DNA of 64,000 nt, taken from Acidimicrobiia bacterium (lineage in GTDB: Bacteria; Actinomycetota; Acidimicrobiia; IMCC26256; JAMXLJ01). The first letter of the stretch is position 1; every line of letters starts with the position of its first letter. The stretch is from positions 6,174 through 70,173 of the forward strand of contig DASRES010000046.1 of NCBI GenBank assembly GCA_035651955.1, in the 5' to 3' direction. Positions 41,379 through 49,232 of the stretch are shown here, one piece after another. The notes below the pieces were generated by a model, which did not search any database, had not been told where the DNA came from, and was given only the letters and a program-made list of their open reading frames with translations. A program made the position numbers and the translations under genes.

Positions 41379-42143
41379 TCAGGCGAGCGCGAGGAGGACG
41401 ATGGCGCCCGCGGCCATGAGGCCGAGGGCGACCCGTCCGACATGGCGCGCGTGGGGCACCGCGCGCGGGTGCCGGGTGACGTGCACACGCTCCCACCACG
41501 CGGCGGTCGCGAGCGCGAGCAGCAGCACGGACCACGCGACCGCGCGCAGGACCGGTGGCGCGAAGCCGCCGTGGCGACCCGACGCGAGCGCGAGCAGCCG
41601 GTGCGGACCGCCGAACGGCATCACGCCCTCGAGCGCGCTCCCGCTCGGCAGGCTCATCTCGATCCCGACGACACCGATGAGCAGCAACGTGCCCTCGAGC
41701 TCGCGTGGCACGAGCGCGGCGATCGCGAGCCCGAACGGCACCGCGATGCCGGCCACGAGCACGAGCGACACGAACAACGACATCGCGTCGCGAGGCACGG
41801 CGACGCCGTACATCAGCGCGCCGAACGCGAGCGCGAGCGAGAGCCCGAACGCCATGAGGACCACGACCCGTCCCGCGAGCAGCTCGGCCGGCCGGTAGCC
41901 GTCGAGGACGAGTCGGCGGTCGACGGGTCGCGCGGCGAGCGCGGAGTACAGCGCCGCGCCGGCGATCGACCAGCTGATCCCCATGCCGCCCGACGTGTAC
42001 GCGTAGCCGCCCTCCGACCAGCGTGTCGCGGCGTAGAACGCGACCGGGAGCGCGACGAGCATGACGAGCGCGAGCCGGCGTCGCAGCAGGTCGCGACCGA
42101 GCACCTCGGCCGTCGCCAGGACCCTCCCGATGGTCGTCGTCAT
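41379..42143 (-). CDS. ABC-2 type transporter permease
   Basis: 254 aa with six hydrophobic segments. ATGA overlap with the upstream ATPase gene. Confidence 0.7.
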   Translation of the reverse strand: MTTTIGRVLATAEVLGRDLLRRRLALVMLVALPVAFYAATRWSEGGYAYTSGGMGISWSIAGAALYSALAARPVDRRLVLDGYRPAELLAGRVVVLMAFGLSLALAFGALMYGVAVPRDAMSLFVSLVLVAGIAVPFGLAIAALVPRELEGTLLLIGVVGIEMSLPSGSALEGVMPFGGPHRLLALASGRHGGFAPPVLRAVAWSVLLLALATAAWWERVHVTRHPRAVPHARHVGRVALGLMAAGAIVLLALA

Positions 42144-42751
42144 GCGACGGCCTGGGCGGCGGGCTGCAGCTCGACCACTCGGTCGACGCGGTGCAGCTCC
42201 GCCAGCATGTGCGTGACGACGACGATCGCGCGGCCCTCGTCACGCCAGCGCTCGACGTGGTGCCAGAAGCTCACGTACGTCCCGTGGTCGAAGCCTTGAT
42301 ACGGCTCGTCGAGCAGGAGCACGTCGCGCGTGCCCAGCAGCGCGAGCGCCAGGTTGAGCTTCTGACGCGATCCACCCGACAGGCGTCGCGTCTGCACCGG
42401 CCGGCCGACCGGGAAGCCGAGCTCGCCGAGCAGCTGCCGTCCCTGGTCGAGCGCGTCGGCACGCGAGAGCCCCTGCGCGCGGCCGAACAGCACGAGGTGC
42501 TCGTCCGCCGTGAGCAGGTCGAGGAGCCCGGGCTCCTGTGGGCAGTACCCGACGAGACCGCTGGTCGTCACCGTGCCGCCGTCGGGGCCGAGGAACCCGG
42601 CACAGATCTTCAGCAGCGTGCTCTTGCCCGCGCCGTTCTCGCCGATGAGTGCGACAGCCTCGCCCCGGTCGACGTCGAGATCGATGCCGTCGAGCACGCG
42701 ACGGCGGCCGAAGCGCTTCGTCACGCCGGAGACCGAGAGGGCGGGAGGCAC
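42140..42751 (-). CDS. ABC transporter ATP-binding protein
   Basis: GTG start VPPALSVSGVTKRF. Walker A GENGAGKST, signature LSGGSRQK and Walker B LLLDEP. Confidence 0.85.
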   Translation of the reverse strand: MPPALSVSGVTKRFGRRRVLDGIDLDVDRGEAVALIGENGAGKSTLLKICAGFLGPDGGTVTTSGLVGYCPQEPGLLDLLTADEHLVLFGRAQGLSRADALDQGRQLLGELGFPVGRPVQTRRLSGGSRQKLNLALALLGTRDVLLLDEPYQGFDHGTYVSFWHHVERWRDEGRAIVVVTHMLAELHRVDRVVELQPAAQAVA

Positions 42752-42809
42752 GAGCGGCCATTCTGCCCCGCACCGCGGCCCGCGTCCCCACCGGGCCCAT
42801 GCGCGTCCT

Positions 42810-42939
42810 CGGCTCCCTCGGGCCCGGCCGTCCCGGGCGTCCGCCCACGGCCGGGCTTCGTCCGCACGTATCGTCGGCTCCCTCGGGCCCGGCCGTCCCG
42901 GGCGTCCGCCCACGGCCGGGCTTTGTCCGCACGTATCGT
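42810..42939. repeat. 65-bp tandem duplication (2 copies, 1 mismatch), each copy with an internal 10-bp-stem hairpin and a TATCGT hexamer
   Basis: Copy 1 is 42810-42874 and copy 2 is 42875-42939; they differ only at CTTCG/CTTTG. Internal inverted repeat GCCCGGCCGT...ACGGCCGGGC. Confidence 0.85.
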
Positions 42940-42946
42940 CCGGACC

Positions 42947-44035
42947 GTGGATCTCCGGTTGCGCGGCTTCCTGCAACGGCGCGGTGCGTCCGCGGAGGAG
43001 ATCGCGCGCGCCGAACGTGAGCACTGGCTCGCGCTGCTGACTGCGGACCGCCTGCTCGTGCCCGGCCGCCCGCGCTACGACCAGGCCGAGGTCGCGGCGA
43101 AGACGGGCGTCGACCGCGCGCTCGCGGACCGGATCTGGCGCGCGCTCGGGTTCCCGGATCCGCCCGCGGGCGCGGCCGTGTTCACCGACCGCGACGCCGA
43201 GATGCTCGACACGTTCCTGCACACGGCGCGCATGACGATCGGCGACGAAGCCGACGAGTTCGTCGAGCAGGCACGCGCGGTCGCGTCGGGGCTCGCGCGG
43301 CTGGCGGAGTTCTTCTCGGACCAGATCGCAGGCGCGATCGAGGCCGGCTGGTCGTCGGGCGTGGACGACGAGGCACTCGCGGTGGCAGTGATGGACGGGA
43401 CGAACTGGTCGACGCTCGCGCGTCTCCTCGACTACACGCTCCGCTTGCAGACACGCGCGGCGTTGTGGCGGAAGCTCGCGAACCAGGACGTCGGCGACCA
43501 GTCCGGCTGGCCGTTGACGATCGGCTTCGTCGACCTCGTCGGTTACACCGCGCTGAGCCAGGAGCTCGAACCCGACGAGCTCGCGCGTCTCGTCGCGCGC
43601 TTCGAGGCGCTCGCGTACGACGCCGTCGCGGCGCGCGGTGGACGCGTCGTGAAGATGATCGGTGACGAGGTGATGTTCGCGGCCGACGAGTGCGAGGTCG
43701 GCGCGTCGATCGCCCTCGCGCTGACCGGCGCGGTCGAGAGCGACGACGTGCTCCCCGTCGCGCGCGCCGGGCTCGCGGCCGGTCCGGTCGTCGCTCGCGA
43801 GGGCGACTACTTCGGCCCGACGGTGAACCTCGCGAGCCGTCTCGTCGAGATCGCCAAGCCCGGTGCCGTGCTCGTGTCCGCCGACGTCTACGACGCGCTC
43901 GCCGGCGAGGACGCGTTCACGTGGCGGCGGCTCCGCCCGCGGCGCGTGCGTGACATCGGCCGCGTGGACGTCTGGGTGTTGCGGCCGTCACGCGAGGCGG
44001 TCGAGGCCGGCCGTCCGCGGCACGGAAGCGGGTAG
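42947..44035 (+). CDS. class III adenylate/guanylate cyclase with N-terminal helical domain
   Basis: GTG start. Cyclase core TIGFVDLVGYTALSQ...GGRVVKMIGDEVMFA...GDYFGPTVNLASRL. Confidence 0.8.
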   Translation: MDLRLRGFLQRRGASAEEIARAEREHWLALLTADRLLVPGRPRYDQAEVAAKTGVDRALADRIWRALGFPDPPAGAAVFTDRDAEMLDTFLHTARMTIGDEADEFVEQARAVASGLARLAEFFSDQIAGAIEAGWSSGVDDEALAVAVMDGTNWSTLARLLDYTLRLQTRAALWRKLANQDVGDQSGWPLTIGFVDLVGYTALSQELEPDELARLVARFEALAYDAVAARGGRVVKMIGDEVMFAADECEVGASIALALTGAVESDDVLPVARAGLAAGPVVAREGDYFGPTVNLASRLVEIAKPGAVLVSADVYDALAGEDAFTWRRLRPRRVRDIGRVDVWVLRPSREAVEAGRPRHGSG

Positions 44036-44044
44036 CTTCGAGGG

Positions 44045-44944
44045 ATGCCGGACGCCGACCCGCTCTGCCTGCTCACCGTGCACGCCCATCCCGACGACGA
44101 GGCGTCGAAGGGATCCGCGACGGTCGCGAAGTACGCGGCCGAGGGCGTCCGCACGGTGCTCGTGTGCTGCACCGGCGGGGAGGCGGGCGACATCCTGAAC
44201 CCCGCGGTCGACACGCCCGAGGTGCGCGCCAACCTGCCCGAGGTGCGGATGCGGGAGCTGCGCGACAGCGTCGACGCGATCGGGTACTCGAAGCTCTACA
44301 TGCTCGGCTACCACGACTCCGGCATGCCCGACACCGAGACGAACGCGCGCCCCGACAACTTCGCGAACGCGCCGCTCGACGAAGCGGTCGGCCGTCTCGT
44401 GCGCATCATCCGCGCGGAGCGACCCCAGGTCATCGTCACGTACGGCGACGATCGCAAGTTCTACCCCCACCCGGATCACATCCGGGTGCACGAGATCAGC
44501 GTCGTCGCGTTCGACGCGGCCGGTGATCCCGAGCGGTTCCCGGACGCGGGCGAGCCGTGGCAGCCGTCGAAGATGTACTACACGGGCTTCTCCGTCGCGC
44601 GCGTGAAGGCGTTGCACGAGGCGTTCCAGCAGCGCGGCGAGGAGAGCCCGTACGCGTCGTGGTTCGAGCGCGGCTTCGAGGAGCGTCCGGACCGGTTCAC
44701 GACGCTCGTCGACGTGTCCGACTTCCTGCACAAGCGGCGCGAAGCGTTGCTGGCGCACCGCACGCAGGTCGACCCGACCGGCTTCTGGATGCGACTTCCC
44801 GACGACGTCGTGCGGGAGGTCTTCCCCTGGGAGGAGTACGCGCTCGCGCGGTCGCTGGTCGACAACGGTGTCGCCGAGGGAGACGTCGAGGACGACCTCT
44901 TCGCCGGCGTCCGGACGGACGCGCGCACGAGCGCGTCGCGTTGA
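44045..44944 (+). CDS. mca: mycothiol S-conjugate amidase-like LmbE/PIG-L deacetylase
   Basis: LLTVHAHPDDEA...YGDDRKFYPHPDHIRVHE. Length and C-terminal region fit Mca better than MshB. Assigned by eye. Confidence 0.7.
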   Translation: MPDADPLCLLTVHAHPDDEASKGSATVAKYAAEGVRTVLVCCTGGEAGDILNPAVDTPEVRANLPEVRMRELRDSVDAIGYSKLYMLGYHDSGMPDTETNARPDNFANAPLDEAVGRLVRIIRAERPQVIVTYGDDRKFYPHPDHIRVHEISVVAFDAAGDPERFPDAGEPWQPSKMYYTGFSVARVKALHEAFQQRGEESPYASWFERGFEERPDRFTTLVDVSDFLHKRREALLAHRTQVDPTGFWMRLPDDVVREVFPWEEYALARSLVDNGVAEGDVEDDLFAGVRTDARTSASR

Positions 44945-44946
44945 CG

Positions 44947-45333
44947 ATGCCCGTGTTCCTCACGCAGGAGTGGCTGGACGAGCTCCGCGGGGACGCGGCC
45001 GGGATCGACTACGGCGACGCGACCGGAACCGTGCAGCACACCGTCACCGGCGCGCCGGACGGCGACGTGTCGTACGTGCTCGTGTTCGACGGCGGGAAGC
45101 TGCGCGAGGCGACGCTCGGAACTCGTCCCGATGCCGACGTGACCGTGACGATCCCGTACGCCGACGCGGTGGCCGTGCAGCAGGGTGAGCTCGACCCGAA
45201 CGTCGCGTTCATGCGGGGACGGGCGAAGGTCAACGGCGACATGGGCGTGCTCCTGCCCACCATGCCGGCGACGCGCACGGCGGAGTACGGCGCGATGCAG
45301 GAGAAGCTGCGCGCCTCCACCACGTTTCTCTGA
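44947..45333 (+). CDS. SCP2 sterol-binding domain protein
   Basis: 128 aa. MPVFLTQEWLDELR...ELDPNVAFMRGRAKVNGDMGVLL. Confidence 0.7.
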   Translation: MPVFLTQEWLDELRGDAAGIDYGDATGTVQHTVTGAPDGDVSYVLVFDGGKLREATLGTRPDADVTVTIPYADAVAVQQGELDPNVAFMRGRAKVNGDMGVLLPTMPATRTAEYGAMQEKLRASTTFL

Positions 45334-45334
45334 C

Positions 45335-45375
45335 GCGTCAACCACACAATGTGTGCTTGACGCTTCACAAAACGG
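45335..45375. repeat. type-B hairpin element, copy 1
   Basis: GCGTCAACCACACAATGTGTGCTTGACGCTTCACAAAACGG. Identical at 36/41 positions to 56375-56415. Both copies sit between convergent genes. Confidence 0.7.
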
Positions 45376-45385
45376 GCGGGCGAGG

Positions 45386-46204
45386 TCAGAGCGCGAGGCG
45401 GGCGGTGCGGAACACGCGGCTGACGCGCGCACCGGCCTTCGCGTAGAAGCCGACCGGCCCGACCCACGAGATCTCGGCCTCGTCGACGCCGTACTGCTCG
45501 GCGATGTCCGCGCACAGCGTCGAGAGCAGCGCGGTGCCGATCCCGAGACCCTGTCGTTCGGGGTCGGTGGCCATCGGGCCGATGAGGGCGCGCCGGTTCA
45601 CGGAGTGGCACGCGAGGCCCAGCGTTGCGCCGTGGATGTCGCGGGCGACGAAGCAGGTGCCGTTCGCGGTCGCGCGCTGCACCTCGTCGGCCCAGTGAGG
45701 GTGCACGCGCGTCGCGAGCTGCACCGCGCCGTCGCCGTCCTCGACCGTGAGGACGGCACCCTCCGGGACGGGGGCGCGGAACGCCGTCGGGATCGCCATG
45801 TTGATCTCCGCGCCGTACGGCTCGAACCCGCACGCCTCGAACAGCGACAGCGCGGCGGTGAGCTGGAAGTCGACACCGGGCCAGACGTAGCGGGGAATCG
45901 CGTTCCCGAGGTGCAGCTCGCGCGCGCCCTGCTCGCGCGCGTACACGGCGGCTTCCTCGACGAGCGCGCGCCCGCGGCCCTCGCCCTGGCGCTCGGGCGC
46001 GACCGCGAGCAGCAGGATCCACGCGATCGGCGTCGCCACCGGGGACCAGCGCGCGACGTTGACGACCGCGGCGGCGTCGCCGTCGCCGATCGTGACCGAC
46101 CCTTCACCGCCGCAGCAGGTGAGCAGGTCCGCGGCGCTGAGGTCCTCGTCGGGGAGCGCGGCGTGCACCAGGTCCGCGAGCTCCGCCGCGGTGACGGTGC
46201 TCAC
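45386..46204 (-). CDS. tandem-GNAT acetyltransferase
   Basis: 272 aa. Two GNAT-like halves (ERQGEGRGRALVEEA...; ERQGLGIGTALLSTL...). Confidence 0.75.
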   Translation of the reverse strand: MSTVTAAELADLVHAALPDEDLSAADLLTCCGGEGSVTIGDGDAAAVVNVARWSPVATPIAWILLLAVAPERQGEGRGRALVEEAAVYAREQGARELHLGNAIPRYVWPGVDFQLTAALSLFEACGFEPYGAEINMAIPTAFRAPVPEGAVLTVEDGDGAVQLATRVHPHWADEVQRATANGTCFVARDIHGATLGLACHSVNRRALIGPMATDPERQGLGIGTALLSTLCADIAEQYGVDEAEISWVGPVGFYAKAGARVSRVFRTARLAL

Positions 46205-47046
46205 GCGGCCGCCTCCGCGCGTTGGAGGTCGCGCAGCTCGCGGTAGCCGACGAGGATCGCGCCGGCCCGCTCGACGAGATCGGGGAGCGACGGGTCGGAC
46301 GTGAGGTACGCGTGGTCCTCGACCCGTCCCGCCCAGTCGGGGTGCGACGAGCGCAGCTCGTCGGAGTCGACCGCGGGATGGAGGTACACCTCGGTGACGC
46401 CCGGCCGCAGCTCGAACAGCACGCGCTCGATGCGACGTCGCGCGCCGACCGGGCAGAGCACGAAGAAGTCGGGGAACACCACGCCTTCCTCGGCTGCGAG
46501 TCGCCGGTAGGGGAACCCGATCGCCTGCTCACCGCTCGCGCCCGCCATCCGCAGCGGCAACCCGAAGTCGACCGCGAGCTCGAGGTACACGTCGAAGAAC
46601 TCGGGTCGCAGCTGCAACGTGCCCATGTGCGAGTCGAGATGGCTGACGTCGAAGCCCCAGTAGATCGCGCGCTCGATCTGCGCGCGGCACTCCTTGCGGA
46701 CCTCCTCGAGGTCCGCGTGGTCCCACACGTCATCGACCGTTCGCGGGAACCCGCCGTCGCCGTCGAGCAGGCTCGGCGAGTGCGTGATCGGCCCCCACCG
46801 GTACGTCTCCCACTCGGAGTTCAGCGTCAGGTGCACGCCGACGTCCTCGCCGCGGTAGCCCGCCGCCGCGTCGCGCGCCCACGGGCACGGCACCATGAGG
46901 GACGCGCTGGTCGCGACGCCGTGACGCAGCGCCTCGTACACGGCCACGTTCGCGGAGCGCGTGGAGCCCAGGTCGTCGCAGTTGACGACGAGCAGCTTGT
47001 CGTGTGGTGCGTAACCGAGTCGCTCGGCGAGCGACGCCTGCTCCAC
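46201..47046 (-). CDS. YdjC/ChbG-family carbohydrate deacetylase
   Basis: GTG start preceded by GGAGGA. LLVVNCDDLG...DSHMG. 4-nt overlap with the downstream GNAT gene. Confidence 0.8.
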   Translation of the reverse strand: MEQASLAERLGYAPHDKLLVVNCDDLGSTRSANVAVYEALRHGVATSASLMVPCPWARDAAAGYRGEDVGVHLTLNSEWETYRWGPITHSPSLLDGDGGFPRTVDDVWDHADLEEVRKECRAQIERAIYWGFDVSHLDSHMGTLQLRPEFFDVYLELAVDFGLPLRMAGASGEQAIGFPYRRLAAEEGVVFPDFFVLCPVGARRRIERVLFELRPGVTEVYLHPAVDSDELRSSHPDWAGRVEDHAYLTSDPSLPDLVERAGAILVGYRELRDLQRAEAAA

Positions 47047-47094
47047 GAGTCGTCCTCCCGGGGTGACGTCACGCCCGATGCGCGACGGGTCACG

Positions 47095-47724
47095 ATGGTA
47101 ACGATGACGAGGTCTCACGGACCGCCCCCCTCGGCGCGCGTCGCCGTCGTCGTGGTCGCGGCCGTCGCGCTCGCCTCGTGCGGGTCCGGCTCGGGCTCGA
47201 AGCGCTCGGCCGGCTCGGGCGTCACGAGCACGACGTCGGCGTCGACGACCTCGACGACCTCGACGTCCTGCCGGCCGGGCGCGACCACCGAGCAGCAGAC
47301 GCCGCCCAGCACCGATGTCGTGCGGATGACCGGCCTGACGACCGCCTCGCGGCACTGTGGCGACGACGTCACGTTCATCTTCCGCGGCACGCCGGCGGCG
47401 ATCGTCCCCGGCTACGACGTGCGCTCCGGCACCCCGCCGTTCCGCGACTCGGGCGAAGGCCGCGTGCACGCGGTGCAGGGCGACGCGTTCCTCGTCGTGC
47501 GCTTCGACCGCGCGTCGATCACCGACTTCACGAACCCGAGCGCGCCACTGACCTACACCGGCCCGACGTCGCTGCACCCGACCGGGCTCGCGCACGTGCG
47601 CGACGTCGAGCTCCTCGACGCCACGGAGGGCGTGCTCAGCTGGGTGATCGGTCTCGACGCGCCGCGACCGTTCCGGGTCGACACCGCGACGACCCCGGGC
47701 GCGGTGACCGTCGCGGTGGGCTGA
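47095..47724 (+). CDS. secreted lipoprotein, function unknown
   Basis: Lipobox AVALASC, a Ser/Thr linker, then a beta-rich domain. GC3-rich codons. Confidence 0.6.
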   Translation: MVTMTRSHGPPPSARVAVVVVAAVALASCGSGSGSKRSAGSGVTSTTSASTTSTTSTSCRPGATTEQQTPPSTDVVRMTGLTTASRHCGDDVTFIFRGTPAAIVPGYDVRSGTPPFRDSGEGRVHAVQGDAFLVVRFDRASITDFTNPSAPLTYTGPTSLHPTGLAHVRDVELLDATEGVLSWVIGLDAPRPFRVDTATTPGAVTVAVG

Positions 47725-47738
47725 CGCGCAGAAGCGCG

Positions 47739-48719
47739 TCACGTGCAGTCGAGGATCACCTTGCCGAACGTCTCGTCGGACGCGAGCCGCTCGTAGGCGC
47801 GTTCCGCGTCGGCGAGCGGGACGATCTCGTCGACGACGGGCGCGATGCCTCCGTCGCCGAGCAGCGGCGCGACGTCGACCGCGAACGCGTCGGTCACCTC
47901 GGCCTTCTCCGCGTTCGACCGCGCGCGCAGGACCGTCCCCATCACGGTGAGGCGCTTGCCCATCGCGACGAGGATCGGGAACGCCGACGAACCGCCCGCG
48001 AGCGTGCCGACGAGCACGATGCGCCCGCGCGGCGCGGCCGCGTGGACGTCGGTCTCGAGATACGAGCCGCCGACGAGATCGATCGTCACGTCGCACGGTC
48101 CTGCGACCTCCGTGATCTGCTGCGCGAGGGCGTGCGCGTCGAACGGCGACGGCGCGAGCACGCCGCGGGTGAGCCCGAGCCCGTCCGCGGCCTCGAGCTT
48201 CGAGCGGTGGCGTGCCGTGCCGACCGTCGGGCACTTCCACGCGCTCGCGAGCTGCACGACCGCGGTCCCGACACCGGACCCGACCGCGTGCACGAGCACG
48301 CGCTCGCCGGGCTGCAGGCGGGCCTGCGTGACCAGCGCGTCGTGCGCGGTCATGAACGTCTCGGGGACACCCCCGGCGAGGCGCAGGTCGAGGCTCTCCG
48401 GCACCGCGGCACAGTGCTCGGCCCGGGTCCGGACGTACTCCGCCTGCGCCCCGCCGCCGACGATCCCGAACACGCGGTCGCCGGCCGCCGGCTCGGTCAC
48501 GCCCGGGCCCGTCTCCTCGACGACGCCGGCGAACTCCAGCCCGGGCACGTCGGGCGGCGCGTCGGTCGGCGGTGGGTACCGGCCCGCCCGCTGGAGCAGG
48601 TCGGCCCGGTTCAGACCGGCCCCGTGGACCCGGACGAGGACCTCGCCGGGGCCCGGCCGGGGCCGCTCGCGGTCCTCGACGGCCAGCCGCCCGCCGTCGG
48701 CGATCGTCAGCGCTCGCAC
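47739..48719 (-). CDS. NAD(P)H:quinone oxidoreductase-type MDR dehydrogenase
   Basis: 326 aa. GEVLVRVHGAGLNRADLLQRAG.Y......PGLEFAG...HAVGSGVGTAVVQLA. Confidence 0.85.
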   Translation of the reverse strand: MRALTIADGGRLAVEDRERPRPGPGEVLVRVHGAGLNRADLLQRAGRYPPPTDAPPDVPGLEFAGVVEETGPGVTEPAAGDRVFGIVGGGAQAEYVRTRAEHCAAVPESLDLRLAGGVPETFMTAHDALVTQARLQPGERVLVHAVGSGVGTAVVQLASAWKCPTVGTARHRSKLEAADGLGLTRGVLAPSPFDAHALAQQITEVAGPCDVTIDLVGGSYLETDVHAAAPRGRIVLVGTLAGGSSAFPILVAMGKRLTVMGTVLRARSNAEKAEVTDAFAVDVAPLLGDGGIAPVVDEIVPLADAERAYERLASDETFGKVILDCT

Positions 48720-48838
48720 GGCCCGAGGCTAGACCGGGGACGTGGTCGATTCGCGGCGTTCGCCCGGTTCGCCGGCCGACCCGGTCGAGCCCGCGCGACC
48801 GTGGTCACCGGCCGCCCGCGCGGCGGTAGCTTGCCCGT

Positions 48839-49213
48839 ATGGCGAGGCGCGAGACACCGTCCCGGGGCGGTCTCACCTTCGTCGACGACGACGGGAACCG
48901 GGTCGAGCTGGACCCCGCCGAGGCGTCGAGCCTGCTCGCGCTGGCCGGTGGGTTGGATGCCGCGACGGTCTCCGCGTGCCCCGACTGCCGGAGCCGCGTC
49001 GTGGCCGTCGTCGCGCTCGTCGACCTGCTCGACGCCGCACCGCCACACCCGCGCGTCCCCGACATCCTCGAGCTGGCCGACGACGCGCCGACGTTGCATC
49101 TCTACGTCGTCGACGAGTGCAGCGAGTGCGAGCACCGCCGGTGGCGCGACCCCGGGTACGCCGAGTGGGAGGACGCGCTCGCCGAGCCGGGCGTGCGCAT
49201 GCACCGCCCGTAG
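48839..49213 (+). CDS. hypothetical protein with CPDC...CSEC cysteine pairs
   Basis: 124-aa ORF with GC3-rich codons. No family recognised. Confidence 0.45.
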   Translation: MARRETPSRGGLTFVDDDGNRVELDPAEASSLLALAGGLDAATVSACPDCRSRVVAVVALVDLLDAAPPHPRVPDILELADDAPTLHLYVVDECSECEHRRWRDPGYAEWEDALAEPGVRMHRP

Positions 49214-49232
49214 CCGGGCGCGCGCGTCAAGG

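Noticed and set aside
42810-42939. Possible CRISPR-like array
   Set aside because: Only two directly abutting 65-bp copies with no unique spacers between them and no cas genes. This is a tandem duplication, not a CRISPR.
45347-45370. CRP/FNR-type site (TGTGA-N6-TCACA) inside the type-B element, suggested by the nearby adenylate cyclase
   Set aside because: The TGTG and TCACA halves are separated by 8-10 nt rather than 6, and the element sits at gene 3' ends rather than in promoters.
45350-45390. Conserved peptide across the two type-B copies (DASQNGR on the plus strand; VKRQ.H.VW.T on the minus strand), with two substitutions synonymous in one frame
   Set aside because: No start codon or RBS. 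Only five substitutions in total, so synonymous bias is not testable. Conservation is explained by the nucleotide repeat itself.
45386-46204. Calling the tandem-GNAT protein mycothiol synthase MshD because mca is adjacent
   Set aside because: It is about 40 aa shorter than MshD, I cannot confirm diagnostic residues by eye, and it is operonic with a YdjC deacetylase rather than msh genes. Kept as a generic GNAT.
47063-47072. GTGACGTCAC perfect 10-bp palindrome between ydjC and the lipoprotein gene as a regulatory site
   Set aside because: It is short, a single occurrence, and expected fairly often in a GC-rich genome. There is no supporting second copy or promoter geometry.
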